From positions 9,660 through 73,659 of the forward strand of contig JBLWVX010000011.1 of NCBI GenBank assembly GCA_048268245.1: 64,000 nucleotides of DNA, read 5' to 3'. The DNA comes from Arcobacteraceae bacterium. Lineage in GTDB: Bacteria; Campylobacterota; Campylobacteria; Campylobacterales; Arcobacteraceae. Position 1 is the first letter of the stretch, and each line of letters starts with the position of its first letter. The position numbers and the translations under genes are program-made. The notes under the pieces are model-generated. The model was not told where the DNA came from and did not search any database. It saw nothing but the letters and a program-made list of their open reading frames with translations. Positions 43,199 through 52,900 of this stretch are shown in pieces.

Positions 43199-43844
43199 AT
43201 GAAAACTGAAGTTATGATGATAAGACAACTTGGAGATATTCAAGTAAGACAATCTAATCAGACTGAGATGTTTAATGCTACAGATTTGGTGAATGGGTTT
43301 AATGAGTATAGAAAGGCTATGGGATTACCTGAGAAGAGACTACAACACTATTGGGAAAATGACTCAACTAAAGAGTTCCTTGAAGCCCTAGAAATGGAGC
43401 TTAGTTTAAATAACCGGAAATCCGGTGAATTAAAAATCACTAGAAAAGGAAAGTATGGAGGGACTTATGTTGCTCCTGAAGTGTTCGTAGATATTGCTAT
43501 GTGGTTAAACCCTAGCTTCAAAGCTAAAGTAATGATTTGGGTGTCAGACAATCTGTTAGGTGTTAGGAATACTTCAGGTATCCAACAGCAAGTTATGAAC
43601 AGAGTTAGCTGAGAAGTTCAGTAATAGGACTACAAAATGGTTGATTATGAGGTTTAGTAAAAGAATTAATGAACATATCCTAGAGGAAGGTCAAGACTGG
43701 CAGAGTGCTACTACAGAACAACTAGAGCAAAGACTAGCACTACAAACTAAGATTATAAATGCGTGTGAGCTTTTACCTGATGGTATTAGTGAAGATGAGT
43801 TCTGTGAAATAGTGTTTAAAGTTAGACCTAAAGTTGTAGCTTAA
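43199..43844 (+). pseudogene. KilA-N domain protein split by a frameshift near 43599-43609
   Basis: FNATDL, STKEFLEAL, KGKYGGTYV, DIAMWLNPSFK (KilA-N). The adjacent frame is open from 43599 and continues AEKFSNRTTKWL...ATTEQLEQRLAL. Confidence 0.7.
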
Positions 43845-43855
43845 GGAGGACTACT

Positions 43856-43960
43856 ATGTCAATACATATATACAAGATGTTCTTAGCTAGAGGACACAAT
43901 AAAAAAACAGCTCAGAAGATGTATAAAAATTATATAGGAAAAATGAAGGAGGAAAAATAA
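43856..43960 (+). CDS. Small basic hypothetical protein (34 aa)
   Basis: MSIHIYKMFLARGHNKKTAQKMYKNYIGKMKEEK* with AAGGAGG RBS, packed between neighbours. Confidence 0.5.
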   Translation: MSIHIYKMFLARGHNKKTAQKMYKNYIGKMKEEK

Positions 43961-43961
43961 A

Positions 43962-44414
43962 ATGATTAAAAATGAAATATTAAAAGTAGATATTAGTGAG
44001 GAAGTTGTAGTAGAGGTTCAGCCACACAAAGAGCATGAGTGGCTGTTGTCAAGTAAAGATGTGGCTGAAAGTTATGGTTTGAGTAGAAGTGGTCTTACTA
44101 AAACTAAAAGTAGATATGCAGATGAACTTGAAGAAGGTAAACACTGGGTTGTGACAGATTGTCACACCCTTGGAGGAAAACAAAAAACAGTTTATTGGAC
44201 TAAAGAAGGCGTAGTAATGTTAGGGTTCTTCATTAAGACACCTACAGCTAAAAAGTTTAGAAGATGGGCTTCAAACTTTATCGTTGAGAAAAGTAAAGAA
44301 CCAAAAGCCCCTGTAGTACCTCAGACATACATAGAGGCACTTCAAGCTCACTTAGAGTCAGTTAGAGAGTCAGAGGAAGGTAATAGAGTTATTACTTTAC
44401 AAGCGCCTAAATGA
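43962..44414 (+). CDS. Phage antirepressor-like protein (Bro-N/ORF6N-like), probably 3'-truncated
   Basis: LSSKDVAESYG, ELEEGKHW, TLGGKQ, WTKEGVVMLGFFIKTPTAKKFRRWA, then VPQTYIEAL (antirepressor linker); stop-ridden sequence follows. Confidence 0.75.
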   Translation: MIKNEILKVDISEEVVVEVQPHKEHEWLLSSKDVAESYGLSRSGLTKTKSRYADELEEGKHWVVTDCHTLGGKQKTVYWTKEGVVMLGFFIKTPTAKKFRRWASNFIVEKSKEPKAPVVPQTYIEALQAHLESVRESEEGNRVITLQAPK

Positions 44415-44750
44415 TGACTTGATGGATAAAGAGAGCCTTATGTACCCTATGAATGGTTTGTAATGATATAAGTACCAAACTATAAAGACCCTGAGATAAG
44501 ACTAGAGAGTATATGGTTATTACTCTTGAGGGTGTTAGCTGAGATTAAGCCTATTGCAGATGAAGTTATAGCAAATGGTTTAATTAAGCCTGTAGGTAAG
44601 TAAGATATTAATAAAACATTTATGTTTAAGTTATGGTCATGTGGGTCATTTAGTGTACCTACATGATGACCACCTATTGAGAGAAGTGTTACTCAAGACA
44701 TATAGTTACAGTTAAAGAATCTTATCTCAACTATAAATTAAACTTTAAGG

Positions 44751-44773
44751 TCATTCACAAACTCATTCACATT
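44751..44773 (+). repeat. Putative integrase arm-type site (right)
   Basis: Identical 23-mer to 31613-31635, 65 nt inside attR. Confidence 0.75.
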
Positions 44774-44838
44774 ATACTAATTTTAAGAAATACTTGGATA
44801 GTATTTCGTTTTACTAAACACGCCGTAAATGAATATCG

Positions 44839-44899
44839 ATGGGGATGATATGGCTTCGATTAGAGCATCGAGGCTTGATTGCATGTCGGCCTGAGCATG
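44839..44899 (+). repeat. attR of island 1 (restores the ssrA 5' end)
   Basis: 61-bp identity with 31471-31531. Confidence 0.95.
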
Positions 44900-45238
44900 C
44901 CGTTACGCGGCTCATTTTTTTTAGACGCAAACAATACAAATTACGCTCCAGCTTACGCAAAAGCTGCGTAAGTTTAACAACTTATAACGAGCTCCCTTCG
45001 GGTTGAGCTTTTGGAGGTTCGCTCTGTAGATTCTATCTATGCAGGATTTAGCGGATTCACCCAGATAGATTACCAAAGAGAGATTGATCGAATTTCTTTG
45101 GGACATCCTTAGATCTTAGCTTTTTAGTTGCCTTGCAGGTTGAGCTGCTAGAAAGTGAAATTTTTCAACCTCACTAAGCATGTAGACGTCAAGAGTAGAT
45201 GTTTTAAGACTCCGGTTCGATCCCGGACATCTCCACCA
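44841..45238 (+). ncRNA. ssrA: tmRNA
   Basis: 5' GGGGATG pairs with 3' CATCTCC-ACCA (G3:U alanine determinant); T-arm CCGGTTCGATCCCGG; internal tag ORF. Confidence 0.97.
44927..44971 (+). other. tmRNA proteolysis tag reading frame (A)ANNTNYAPAYAKAA*
   Basis: Resume codon GCA after TAGAC; ends in AA-TAA, similar to Campylobacterota tags. Confidence 0.9.
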
Positions 45239-45352
45239 TTACACAATCTAACACAATCCATAAAACTATTCAAAAACCCCAATTTATCGAGATGTAATCA
45301 TAAAAATAGTCCGATATGAACTTACTTAAAATATTGTAATCCAACTCTTTTC

Positions 45353-45409
45353 GGGGTATATTTAGGGGTACTCTGATAAAATCTTATATACATATTTTTA
45401 ATATACCCC
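45353..45409. repeat. Arm-type sites of the P4-like integrase
   Basis: GGGGTATA (45353), GGGGTA (45365) and inverted TATACCCC (45402). Confidence 0.65.
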
Positions 45410-45423
45410 CTAAAGGATTCTAA

Positions 45424-46641
45424 ATGGCTAAAGTTATAGTACCTCTGTCAAGTACACAAATTAAAAGTGCAAAACCAAAAGAAAAAGATTATAAACTTTT
45501 TGATGGTGGTGGTTTATTTTTATTAATAGCTAAAACTGGTGGTAAAAGATGGAGAATGAAATACAGATTTAATGGAAAAGAAAAACTTATTGCATTAGGT
45601 GTTTATCCTCAAATTTCATTAAAAGTTGCTAGGGAATTAAGAGAGCAATATAAATCTATGATAGCACAAGGAATTGATCCAAACCAAGAAAAAAAACAAA
45701 AAAAAGAAGAGACTAAAAGAACTGAGGAAAAAAAAGAAAATACTTTCTTTAAAATTTCACAAGAATGGCATAAAAATTATGCAACTGAGGTATCAGAGAA
45801 TTATCATTATAAACTTGAAAGAGCATTAGAAAACTATATATATCCTTTCATAAAAAACAAAGCTATAGAAGATATAACAAGACTAGATATTATAGAAATA
45901 CTTCAAGATTTAAAGAATAAAGGTATTATAGACACAGCAAATAGAGTTTATATGCTTTTAAATAAAATATATAAATACGCGGTAACATTGGAGTATGTTC
46001 CTCATAACATAATAGCAGATATTGAGCAAAAAAATATATTAGGTAAAATAGAGAAAAAACATTATCCAACTTTTACAAAAGATGAAGACATAAAAGGATT
46101 ACTTCTATCAATTGATGAATATGAAGGTGATTATTCAACAAAAATGGCTTTAAAAATACTTCCTTATATATTTGTAAGAAGTTACAATATAAGACATGCT
46201 AAGTGGTCTGAAATAAATTTTGATACAAAAGAATGGATTATACCAGCGTCGAAAATGAAAACTAAAAAAGAATTTATATTACCTTTACCTAAAAATGTAA
46301 TAGAATTACTTTATGAAGTAAATAAGATTACAGGACAAGAAGAGTACATTTTTCCAAGTTATAGACAAAGAAACAGACCAATGAGTGACAATACTTTATT
46401 ATCAGCTATAAGAAGGATGGGATATACAAAAGAAGAATTTGTACCTCACAGTTTTAGAGCAATGTTTTCAACAATAGCATATGAAAATATGGAAGAACAT
46501 GGATATAGTAGTGAAGTTATAGAATCACTACTTGCTCATGTAGAAAAAAATAAAGTGAAAGAAGCTTACAATAGAGCATCTTATAAAAAATCAATGAGAG
46601 GATTAATCGAGTGGTATGCTAATTATTTAAAAAATAAGTAG
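45424..46641 (+). CDS. P4-like tyrosine integrase
   Basis: KDYKLFDGGGLFL...GVYPQISLKVARE arm domain; VRSYN, MK, HSFRAMFST, LAH, AYNR. Confidence 0.95.
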   Translation: MAKVIVPLSSTQIKSAKPKEKDYKLFDGGGLFLLIAKTGGKRWRMKYRFNGKEKLIALGVYPQISLKVARELREQYKSMIAQGIDPNQEKKQKKEETKRTEEKKENTFFKISQEWHKNYATEVSENYHYKLERALENYIYPFIKNKAIEDITRLDIIEILQDLKNKGIIDTANRVYMLLNKIYKYAVTLEYVPHNIIADIEQKNILGKIEKKHYPTFTKDEDIKGLLLSIDEYEGDYSTKMALKILPYIFVRSYNIRHAKWSEINFDTKEWIIPASKMKTKKEFILPLPKNVIELLYEVNKITGQEEYIFPSYRQRNRPMSDNTLLSAIRRMGYTKEEFVPHSFRAMFSTIAYENMEEHGYSSEVIESLLAHVEKNKVKEAYNRASYKKSMRGLIEWYANYLKNK

Positions 46642-46756
46642 CCACAAATTTATCTTTTTAAATTTTTTCATTCCAAATAATCTATAAATTACTAATTATT
46701 TATATTTTATAAATATATACAATACATTATAAAAACGATATTTATCAATATACTAT

Positions 46757-46826
46757 ATTCACTATAGGGAATTTATTTAATAATCATATTCATGTAATAT
46801 TTTATTATTAAATCACTATGGGGAAT
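46757..46826. promoter_or_regulatory. Two candidate operator boxes upstream of the XRE-dndFGH operon
   Basis: ATTCACTATAGGGAAT (near-palindrome, 46757-46772) and TCACTATGGGGAAT (46813-46826), 13/14 identical. Confidence 0.55.
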
Positions 46827-46830
46827 AATT

Positions 46831-47076
46831 ATAGAATATTTAGAAATATCACAAAAAGAGATAAGTAACTTTCATACTAAAATTGCTGAAAATGTAAAAA
46901 AAATAAGACAAGAAAAAAAAGTCACTCAACTTGAATTAGCTCTTAGAATTGGTCATAAGTCTATGAGTACTATCGCAAAAATTGAATCTAATCTTGAAAA
47001 TAAACACTATAACTTAGAACAATTATATAAAATTTCTAAAGCCCTTGATGTAGATATAAAAGAATTCTTTTTATAA
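46831..47076 (+). CDS. XRE-family HTH regulator with non-canonical (ATA/ATT) or mutated start
   Basis: Not in ORF track. Open frame IEYLEISQ...IAENVKKIRQEKKVTQLELALRIG..SMSTIAKIE...LEQLYKISKALDVDIKEFFL*; GGGGA RBS upstream; no in-frame ATG/GTG/TTG before the HTH. Confidence 0.8.
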   Translation: MEYLEISQKEISNFHTKIAENVKKIRQEKKVTQLELALRIGHKSMSTIAKIESNLENKHYNLEQLYKISKALDVDIKEFFL

Positions 47077-47086
47077 AGAGAGTAAA

Positions 47087-48673
47087 ATGTCAAAACTTGA
47101 GTCTTTAATTGAAAAACTGTCTAAATCTTCACCTGAAGCAGTAAATACTCTAAATAGTAGTACAGATGAAATTATAGAATATCTTCATATAGAAACAGAT
47201 ATTGAAGAAAGATATTTAGAGTTACTAAAGCAAAATAAACAAAATAAATGTTTAATTTTTCTTTGTGGTAGTAGTGGTGATGGTAAATCAGCCATTATAA
47301 ACAGACATATAAATACTTTTAAAGATTCTTATAATTTTCATGTTGATGCAACTCACAGTTTTAAACCAAATCAAACTGCAATTGAAGCTTTAACTGAAAG
47401 TTTTAAGAAATATCAAAATGATAATAAATCTTTAGTTATTGGAATTAATATTGGTATCATGTTAAATTTTACAGACCATCTAATATCAGAACTTGAAGAA
47501 ATACAAAAAGCAATCAAAAAATTTTTAGATCAAAAAAAAGATAGTAAAAACGTCTATTTTATTAACTTTGAAAACTATTCTAAATTTAATTTTCAAGATA
47601 ATAAAATAGAATCTCCTTTCATAAAAAAATTATTGAATAAAATTACAATTGAGTCTGATGATAATCCTTTCTTTAAAGCTTTAATTGAAGATAACAAATC
47701 TAATATAAGTTCAATAGTACATCAAAACTATAGATTATTATCAAACAATTATCTACAAAATGAAATTATTAATTTACTTATTCTTTCTAATCTAAAATAT
47801 GATCAGTTTTTAACAATAAGAAGTCTTTTAGATTTTATTTATATCTTATTAAAAGGACCCAATTTATTGGTTAATCAGATCTTTGAAGATACTTCAAATG
47901 ATATTATTAAAAATATAAAAAAAGAAGACCCCATATTAAAAAGATCTTTTTTATTAGATAAGTTTATACTTGAAAGATTTAGTTCAAAAAAAGATGATTC
48001 TTTAAATAGATTTATTGATGAATTTAATGATCTATTTAAAAAAGAAATTTTAGACTCAAAATGTCCATTTACTCTGATAAGGACATTTTTTATATTTAAA
48101 GAAATGGAAATTTCAAATAATTATCATAAAAACTTTTTAAAAGACTTCGACAATGCTGAATTAATAAATTTTGTTGAATTGATATCAATTCATAGAGACT
48201 ATAGAGAAGAGCATAGAAAAAGAGTAAAAGAATTCTATGAAAAAGCTATTAAAGCTATTTATATTTTTATCAATAAAAACTATCCTGATTTAGTTAAAAA
48301 AAGTTTTGTAGTTTTATCTTCAGATAAAGAATTAACAATCTCTGCATATGCAAAGATATTACCTAATTGGAATATTATTAAATCTTCAAAAACTGATTCA
48401 TTTAGATATTTTCCTTTTTATCTAAAAATTAATGGTGAAGAGTTAGAAAAAGAAATCCATATTACACTGAATATGTACCTTATGATTAACCTAATTAATA
48501 ATGGATATAGACCAAATAAACATGATAGAAACACAATTATTATCTTTGAAGAATTAATTGAATCCGTATTAGAATCTGCCGTACATTCTGATAAATTAGC
48601 AATCATAAAAAAAGATATGATAAAAACATTTTCTAAAGATGAAGATGAAATAGAGGTAGATGATGAAATCTAG
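47087..48673 (+). CDS. dndF: Phosphorothioation-dependent restriction protein DndF/DptF
   Basis: LSKSSPEAV, LCGSSGDGKS, DATHSF, IGINIG, GYRPNKHD. Confidence 0.9.
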   Translation: MSKLESLIEKLSKSSPEAVNTLNSSTDEIIEYLHIETDIEERYLELLKQNKQNKCLIFLCGSSGDGKSAIINRHINTFKDSYNFHVDATHSFKPNQTAIEALTESFKKYQNDNKSLVIGINIGIMLNFTDHLISELEEIQKAIKKFLDQKKDSKNVYFINFENYSKFNFQDNKIESPFIKKLLNKITIESDDNPFFKALIEDNKSNISSIVHQNYRLLSNNYLQNEIINLLILSNLKYDQFLTIRSLLDFIYILLKGPNLLVNQIFEDTSNDIIKNIKKEDPILKRSFLLDKFILERFSSKKDDSLNRFIDEFNDLFKKEILDSKCPFTLIRTFFIFKEMEISNNYHKNFLKDFDNAELINFVELISIHRDYREEHRKRVKEFYEKAIKAIYIFINKNYPDLVKKSFVVLSSDKELTISAYAKILPNWNIIKSSKTDSFRYFPFYLKINGEELEKEIHITLNMYLMINLINNGYRPNKHDRNTIIIFEELIESVLESAVHSDKLAIIKKDMIKTFSKDEDEIEVDDEI

Positions 48674-49970
48674 ATTAAATAACATTACAGTAAATGATAT
48701 TGGATCAAAAAATGATGTTAAAAATTTTTATCCTTTTACAACTAAAGATGATAGAAACAAAATACAGTTTTCATTTAACCAAATTATAGGACTTATGATT
48801 TCATATATTTCGTCAAAGAAATTACATGATTTTGAATATGAAAACTTCAAAGATAACTGCATAAAAAAACTTGAAGAATGTATTGATGATGACGAAGCCA
48901 TAAAATTATTAGAAAACGTTTATTTTAAAGATAACTCTATAGCTATTGATTCTTTATTAACAAAACAAATTGATATTGCCGAGAATAAATCAAAAAAAGT
49001 ATTTGAAATATTTAAAGAACTAATTAACGAACAAAATTTAGATATAAGATTTGACTCTAATTTAAACTTTTTAGAACAGATAATCGAAAATCAATTAAAA
49101 TCAGAACTTGTAAAAACAAATTTTAGCAATAAAAGAGGATCATACTTAAAGTTTTTGGAAAAAGTATTTATAAAAGATTTAGAGTTTTTAAGTTCTAATA
49201 AACACTACTTTAATAAATCACTAGAGAGTTTTTTAGAGCTATACCTATTTATTTATTGTTCTCAATTGGCTCTAAATATTCAGCCTGTTGAAAATGCTTT
49301 ATCAACACCTTCATCAAAAGAATTATATTTTATTCTAAATAATGAAACAGCAAGTAAAGAAAGAAAGAAAATTGAAGAGTTTGGATATAAAAAACTCTAT
49401 GATAAAGCTAAATATATTTTCCCTTACTTTTCACTTTTATCAGTTTTCTCTAAAGTCCTAGAAAAAGAAAACCTAAAACTTTTTGAACTAGAAAATATCT
49501 TTCAGGAAGAAGATAAAGAGCTAATAGATAGTTTTCATGAAAAATTTAGAGAAGCTAAAAAACTAGAAAAACTTGAAATAGCTTCTAAATCATTGAATGA
49601 AGCTATTCATTCATTATTTAAATCTTCTTTTGAACAATTTCAAGAGGGGAATCAAGTAGATAGAAAAAATGCTTTAGATAAGTATTTAAAAGCATTTGAA
49701 AAGCAAGCAGCAAAACCTTTTTTAATCAATAGAGGAAGAGCTGGGAAAGTATTAGTTTTAGATCAAGATATATTAATTTTATTAACGAACGTATCAATTG
49801 GCAAAGAGAAAAAAATTAGATTTCATGAGTTAATAAATGAGTTTAATAAAAGAGGTGTTTATTTTGACCTAAAGTCTCAAGCAGAATTAATAAATACATA
49901 TGAAAAAATTGGAAATATAGAGAGAAAAAGTGATAGTGGAGATGCAGTTTATGTTAAAACAACAATATAA
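48660..49970 (+). CDS. dndG: Phosphorothioation-dependent restriction protein DndG/DptG
   Basis: YCSQLAL, ASKER, RGRAGKVL, RGVYFD, GNIERKSDSGDAVYVKTTI. Confidence 0.9.
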   Translation: MMKSRLNNITVNDIGSKNDVKNFYPFTTKDDRNKIQFSFNQIIGLMISYISSKKLHDFEYENFKDNCIKKLEECIDDDEAIKLLENVYFKDNSIAIDSLLTKQIDIAENKSKKVFEIFKELINEQNLDIRFDSNLNFLEQIIENQLKSELVKTNFSNKRGSYLKFLEKVFIKDLEFLSSNKHYFNKSLESFLELYLFIYCSQLALNIQPVENALSTPSSKELYFILNNETASKERKKIEEFGYKKLYDKAKYIFPYFSLLSVFSKVLEKENLKLFELENIFQEEDKELIDSFHEKFREAKKLEKLEIASKSLNEAIHSLFKSSFEQFQEGNQVDRKNALDKYLKAFEKQAAKPFLINRGRAGKVLVLDQDILILLTNVSIGKEKKIRFHELINEFNKRGVYFDLKSQAELINTYEKIGNIERKSDSGDAVYVKTTI

Positions 49971-52900
49971 TGATTTTTTAGTAGATATACTTTACAAATG
50001 GTTATCAAATAATATAAAAGAAGGTCATAGGTATAAATATTATTCTGAAAATCATGAATATTTAAAAAGACTTTCTAATTCATTTCATAAATATAATTTA
50101 GAGAATTTAATACATAAAGATAATAAACTATGCTATATAAAGATCAATGAAGTAAAACTGATAATCTTATCTGAATTAGAAATGAACAATGGTTTTATTT
50201 CTAATCTTAGAGATGAAAAAATAAAAAATTCTTCACTGTTGATATTTGATACTTCAAAAATCGATACATTAGATAGTACAACAATAAATTTAGAGTTAGA
50301 AGACTATCCTTTAAACCCAATTCTTATTAAAGATTATTTAGAAACACTTATTAACGAAGAGACTAAATACCCAACACTTTTTAAGTACTTACTTGAATAT
50401 CAAACTAAATTTCTAATTGCTGAAGAACAATCTGCATTTGGATATGAAGCTTTATACAATTCGGTAATCGATAATAAGATTAATTTTCAAGCTTTTGAAT
50501 TATTTAAAGATGAAGATCTATATAATTTAGAAAATGATAAAAAAAGTATTGAAAAAAGAATAAAAGACAATGAAGAAAGATATAGAAAGATTAAAGATAC
50601 TATTATAAATTTTCCAAATGAATTAGATGAAAAACTTCAAAGCTATTCACCTGAATTTATAAAAGATAAAATTACAATCAATGATTGGCCAGATTTAACA
50701 TACAATGACTTAAAAAATGAAGAAGAAAATAATAAAGGTCAAAAAATATCTTTTGACAAAATAGTAGAAAATATGTTTGGTGTTAAAACTTTTATTAGAA
50801 GTACTAGTTCAAGTGCAGCGGGACAAAGAGCCCAAAATATCATCATTTTTACAAAAGACTCAAATTTTTCTTTATCTTTTAAATTTAATGGTTATGGAAT
50901 TAAAACTTCTGAATTTTCAACAGATGCAAAAAATTTAACTACTGAACTAAAATATGATGGAGGGAAAAGAGAGCTTACTTTTAGTGTAAAAGATTATGAT
51001 TTTACACCTAATTTTTTTAATATAAACCTAAAAAGAATTAAAACTTCAGAAAACCATAAATTTAGAGTTTTATTGGTAAATGAAAATGATTTTAATCTTG
51101 ATTTAATAAAAAATCATTTCATTATAAAACCTAAAGAAAAACATATATTGTTACAACTAGATGAAGATGAATTTAATCTTGACTTTAATCCAAATAAAAA
51201 TACTTCTATTAAACTTGAAAAGGACAAACAAGAAATAGATATAGAAACATTCGGAAAAATCGATATTGAGGAATATTACAAAAACAATGACGAGGTTAAC
51301 TTTACTATAAAAAATGGAACTAATACTTTAACTTTTTTTGTAGAGGGATCTAAAGATGAAGATGAGTTCCCAATTCCATTTCTTTTTGATAAAAATAGAG
51401 CAAAAGCAAATAGATTATTTAACGACAATAAAAACACAGAATTTAATAAATTAAAAAATAAAGCTATTTATGATGGTAGAGAAAAAACTATTGGAGGAGA
51501 AAGACTTAATTATATAAAATATGAACAAGAATTTATAGACAAGAATAAATTTATTTTGAATACTCAAATTGATTCAGATATATCTCATTTAGAAAATATT
51601 GACCAAAATATTTATTCTTCATTTAAAGATTTAATTTCATACTTTAGAGATAATAGAACGACACCTTCTTTATGTGCTTGGAATGATGAACTATTTGAAC
51701 TTTCAGAGATATTTATAAACTCTTACTTAGAATATATGAAAAATATAGAAGAAAATATTTTCTTATCTAATGATGTTATCACTCTTTTTGAATTTGGTTT
51801 CGTATATAAAGAAAATAAAAAAATGATGTCACCATTTTCCCCACTAATTCTTTCATATATAATTAATTTAGTAAAAGAAGTCAAAGAAGATGAATCGTTT
51901 AAAAACTTGTCTGATGTGACATTAAATAGATTAAATGCTAAGGGATTATTTCCATATCTTTACATAAATTCTGAGAATTATGCATTTACAAATGTAGTAA
52001 AAGAAAATTCACTATGGTTAGAATTTATTCCAAATGAGGAAAATGAGTTTTCATATATCAAAAAACTTAGTCTAGAAAAGATTGATGAATTCACAAGTTC
52101 ATTTCAAGACTTATTTGAATTTAAAAAAGATGCTCCACTCATAATCAATAGTATTAATAATTCAAAGAATGAAGAACTGTTTGAAGGAATTGTAACTTTC
52201 TATAAAAAAACAATCAAAGAATCAAAAACACCCATAAAAACAATAGTAAATATCTATGATGAAAACTATCACTTTACATCATTTGATCTATTTGCAGATC
52301 TTGACAAATATGATGATATAAAAAATAAGTTTTCATTTATCAAAAAAGATGACGATAGTTTAATTGATATTATTCGAACTAATTTAAGCTACAGTAAACA
52401 TAATATTGATGAAGAACAAAATTACAGTCACCTGTCATTTTTCAAAAACAATGAAAGAGTGCAAATACAAGAAAGAACTTTCGAACAAACAAAATCAGGT
52501 TTGCTTTCAAATGGTTTAATATCCGGAGAAAGTTCACAAAAAGATGAAAAGTTTTATTACAGTGGGTTTGGACTTAAGAATGTACAAGATTTAACTAAAT
52601 CACATATTCAATTAGCAAAGATATATAACTCTATGCAAAAAGCTGTTTATAATCCTGGGGCAAACTACAAATCTAATGAAAATATTTCTTTAATGATTAG
52701 TGAAAACTTTAGAACTCTTTTAAAAAAATCATATAAAAGTTCTTTATGGACAGTAGTAATTGACCCTAAAGTAACTCTTGATTTCTTTGATAATGAAGAA
52801 AACCTTATCTTAATTCATTATTCTGATCAATACAGTTCATCTGCAAACTATGATGCAGTAACAGTAACTGCCCAAAAAGAATTATATTCAAATGTTTTAT

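Larger units (their letters stand above)
31471..44899. mobile_element. Integrative element 1 (~13.4 kb) inserted in the 5' part of ssrA
   Basis: 61-bp terminal direct repeats, integrase next to attL, matching arm-type repeats at both ends, R-M/resolvase/Rep/antirepressor cargo. Confidence 0.92.

Noticed and set aside
31672..44838. Prophage
   Set aside because: No capsid, terminase, tail or lysis genes; only recombinases, a Rep-like gene and antirepressor remnants.
44921..45106. 61-aa minus-strand ORF
   Set aside because: Antisense to the tmRNA; spurious.
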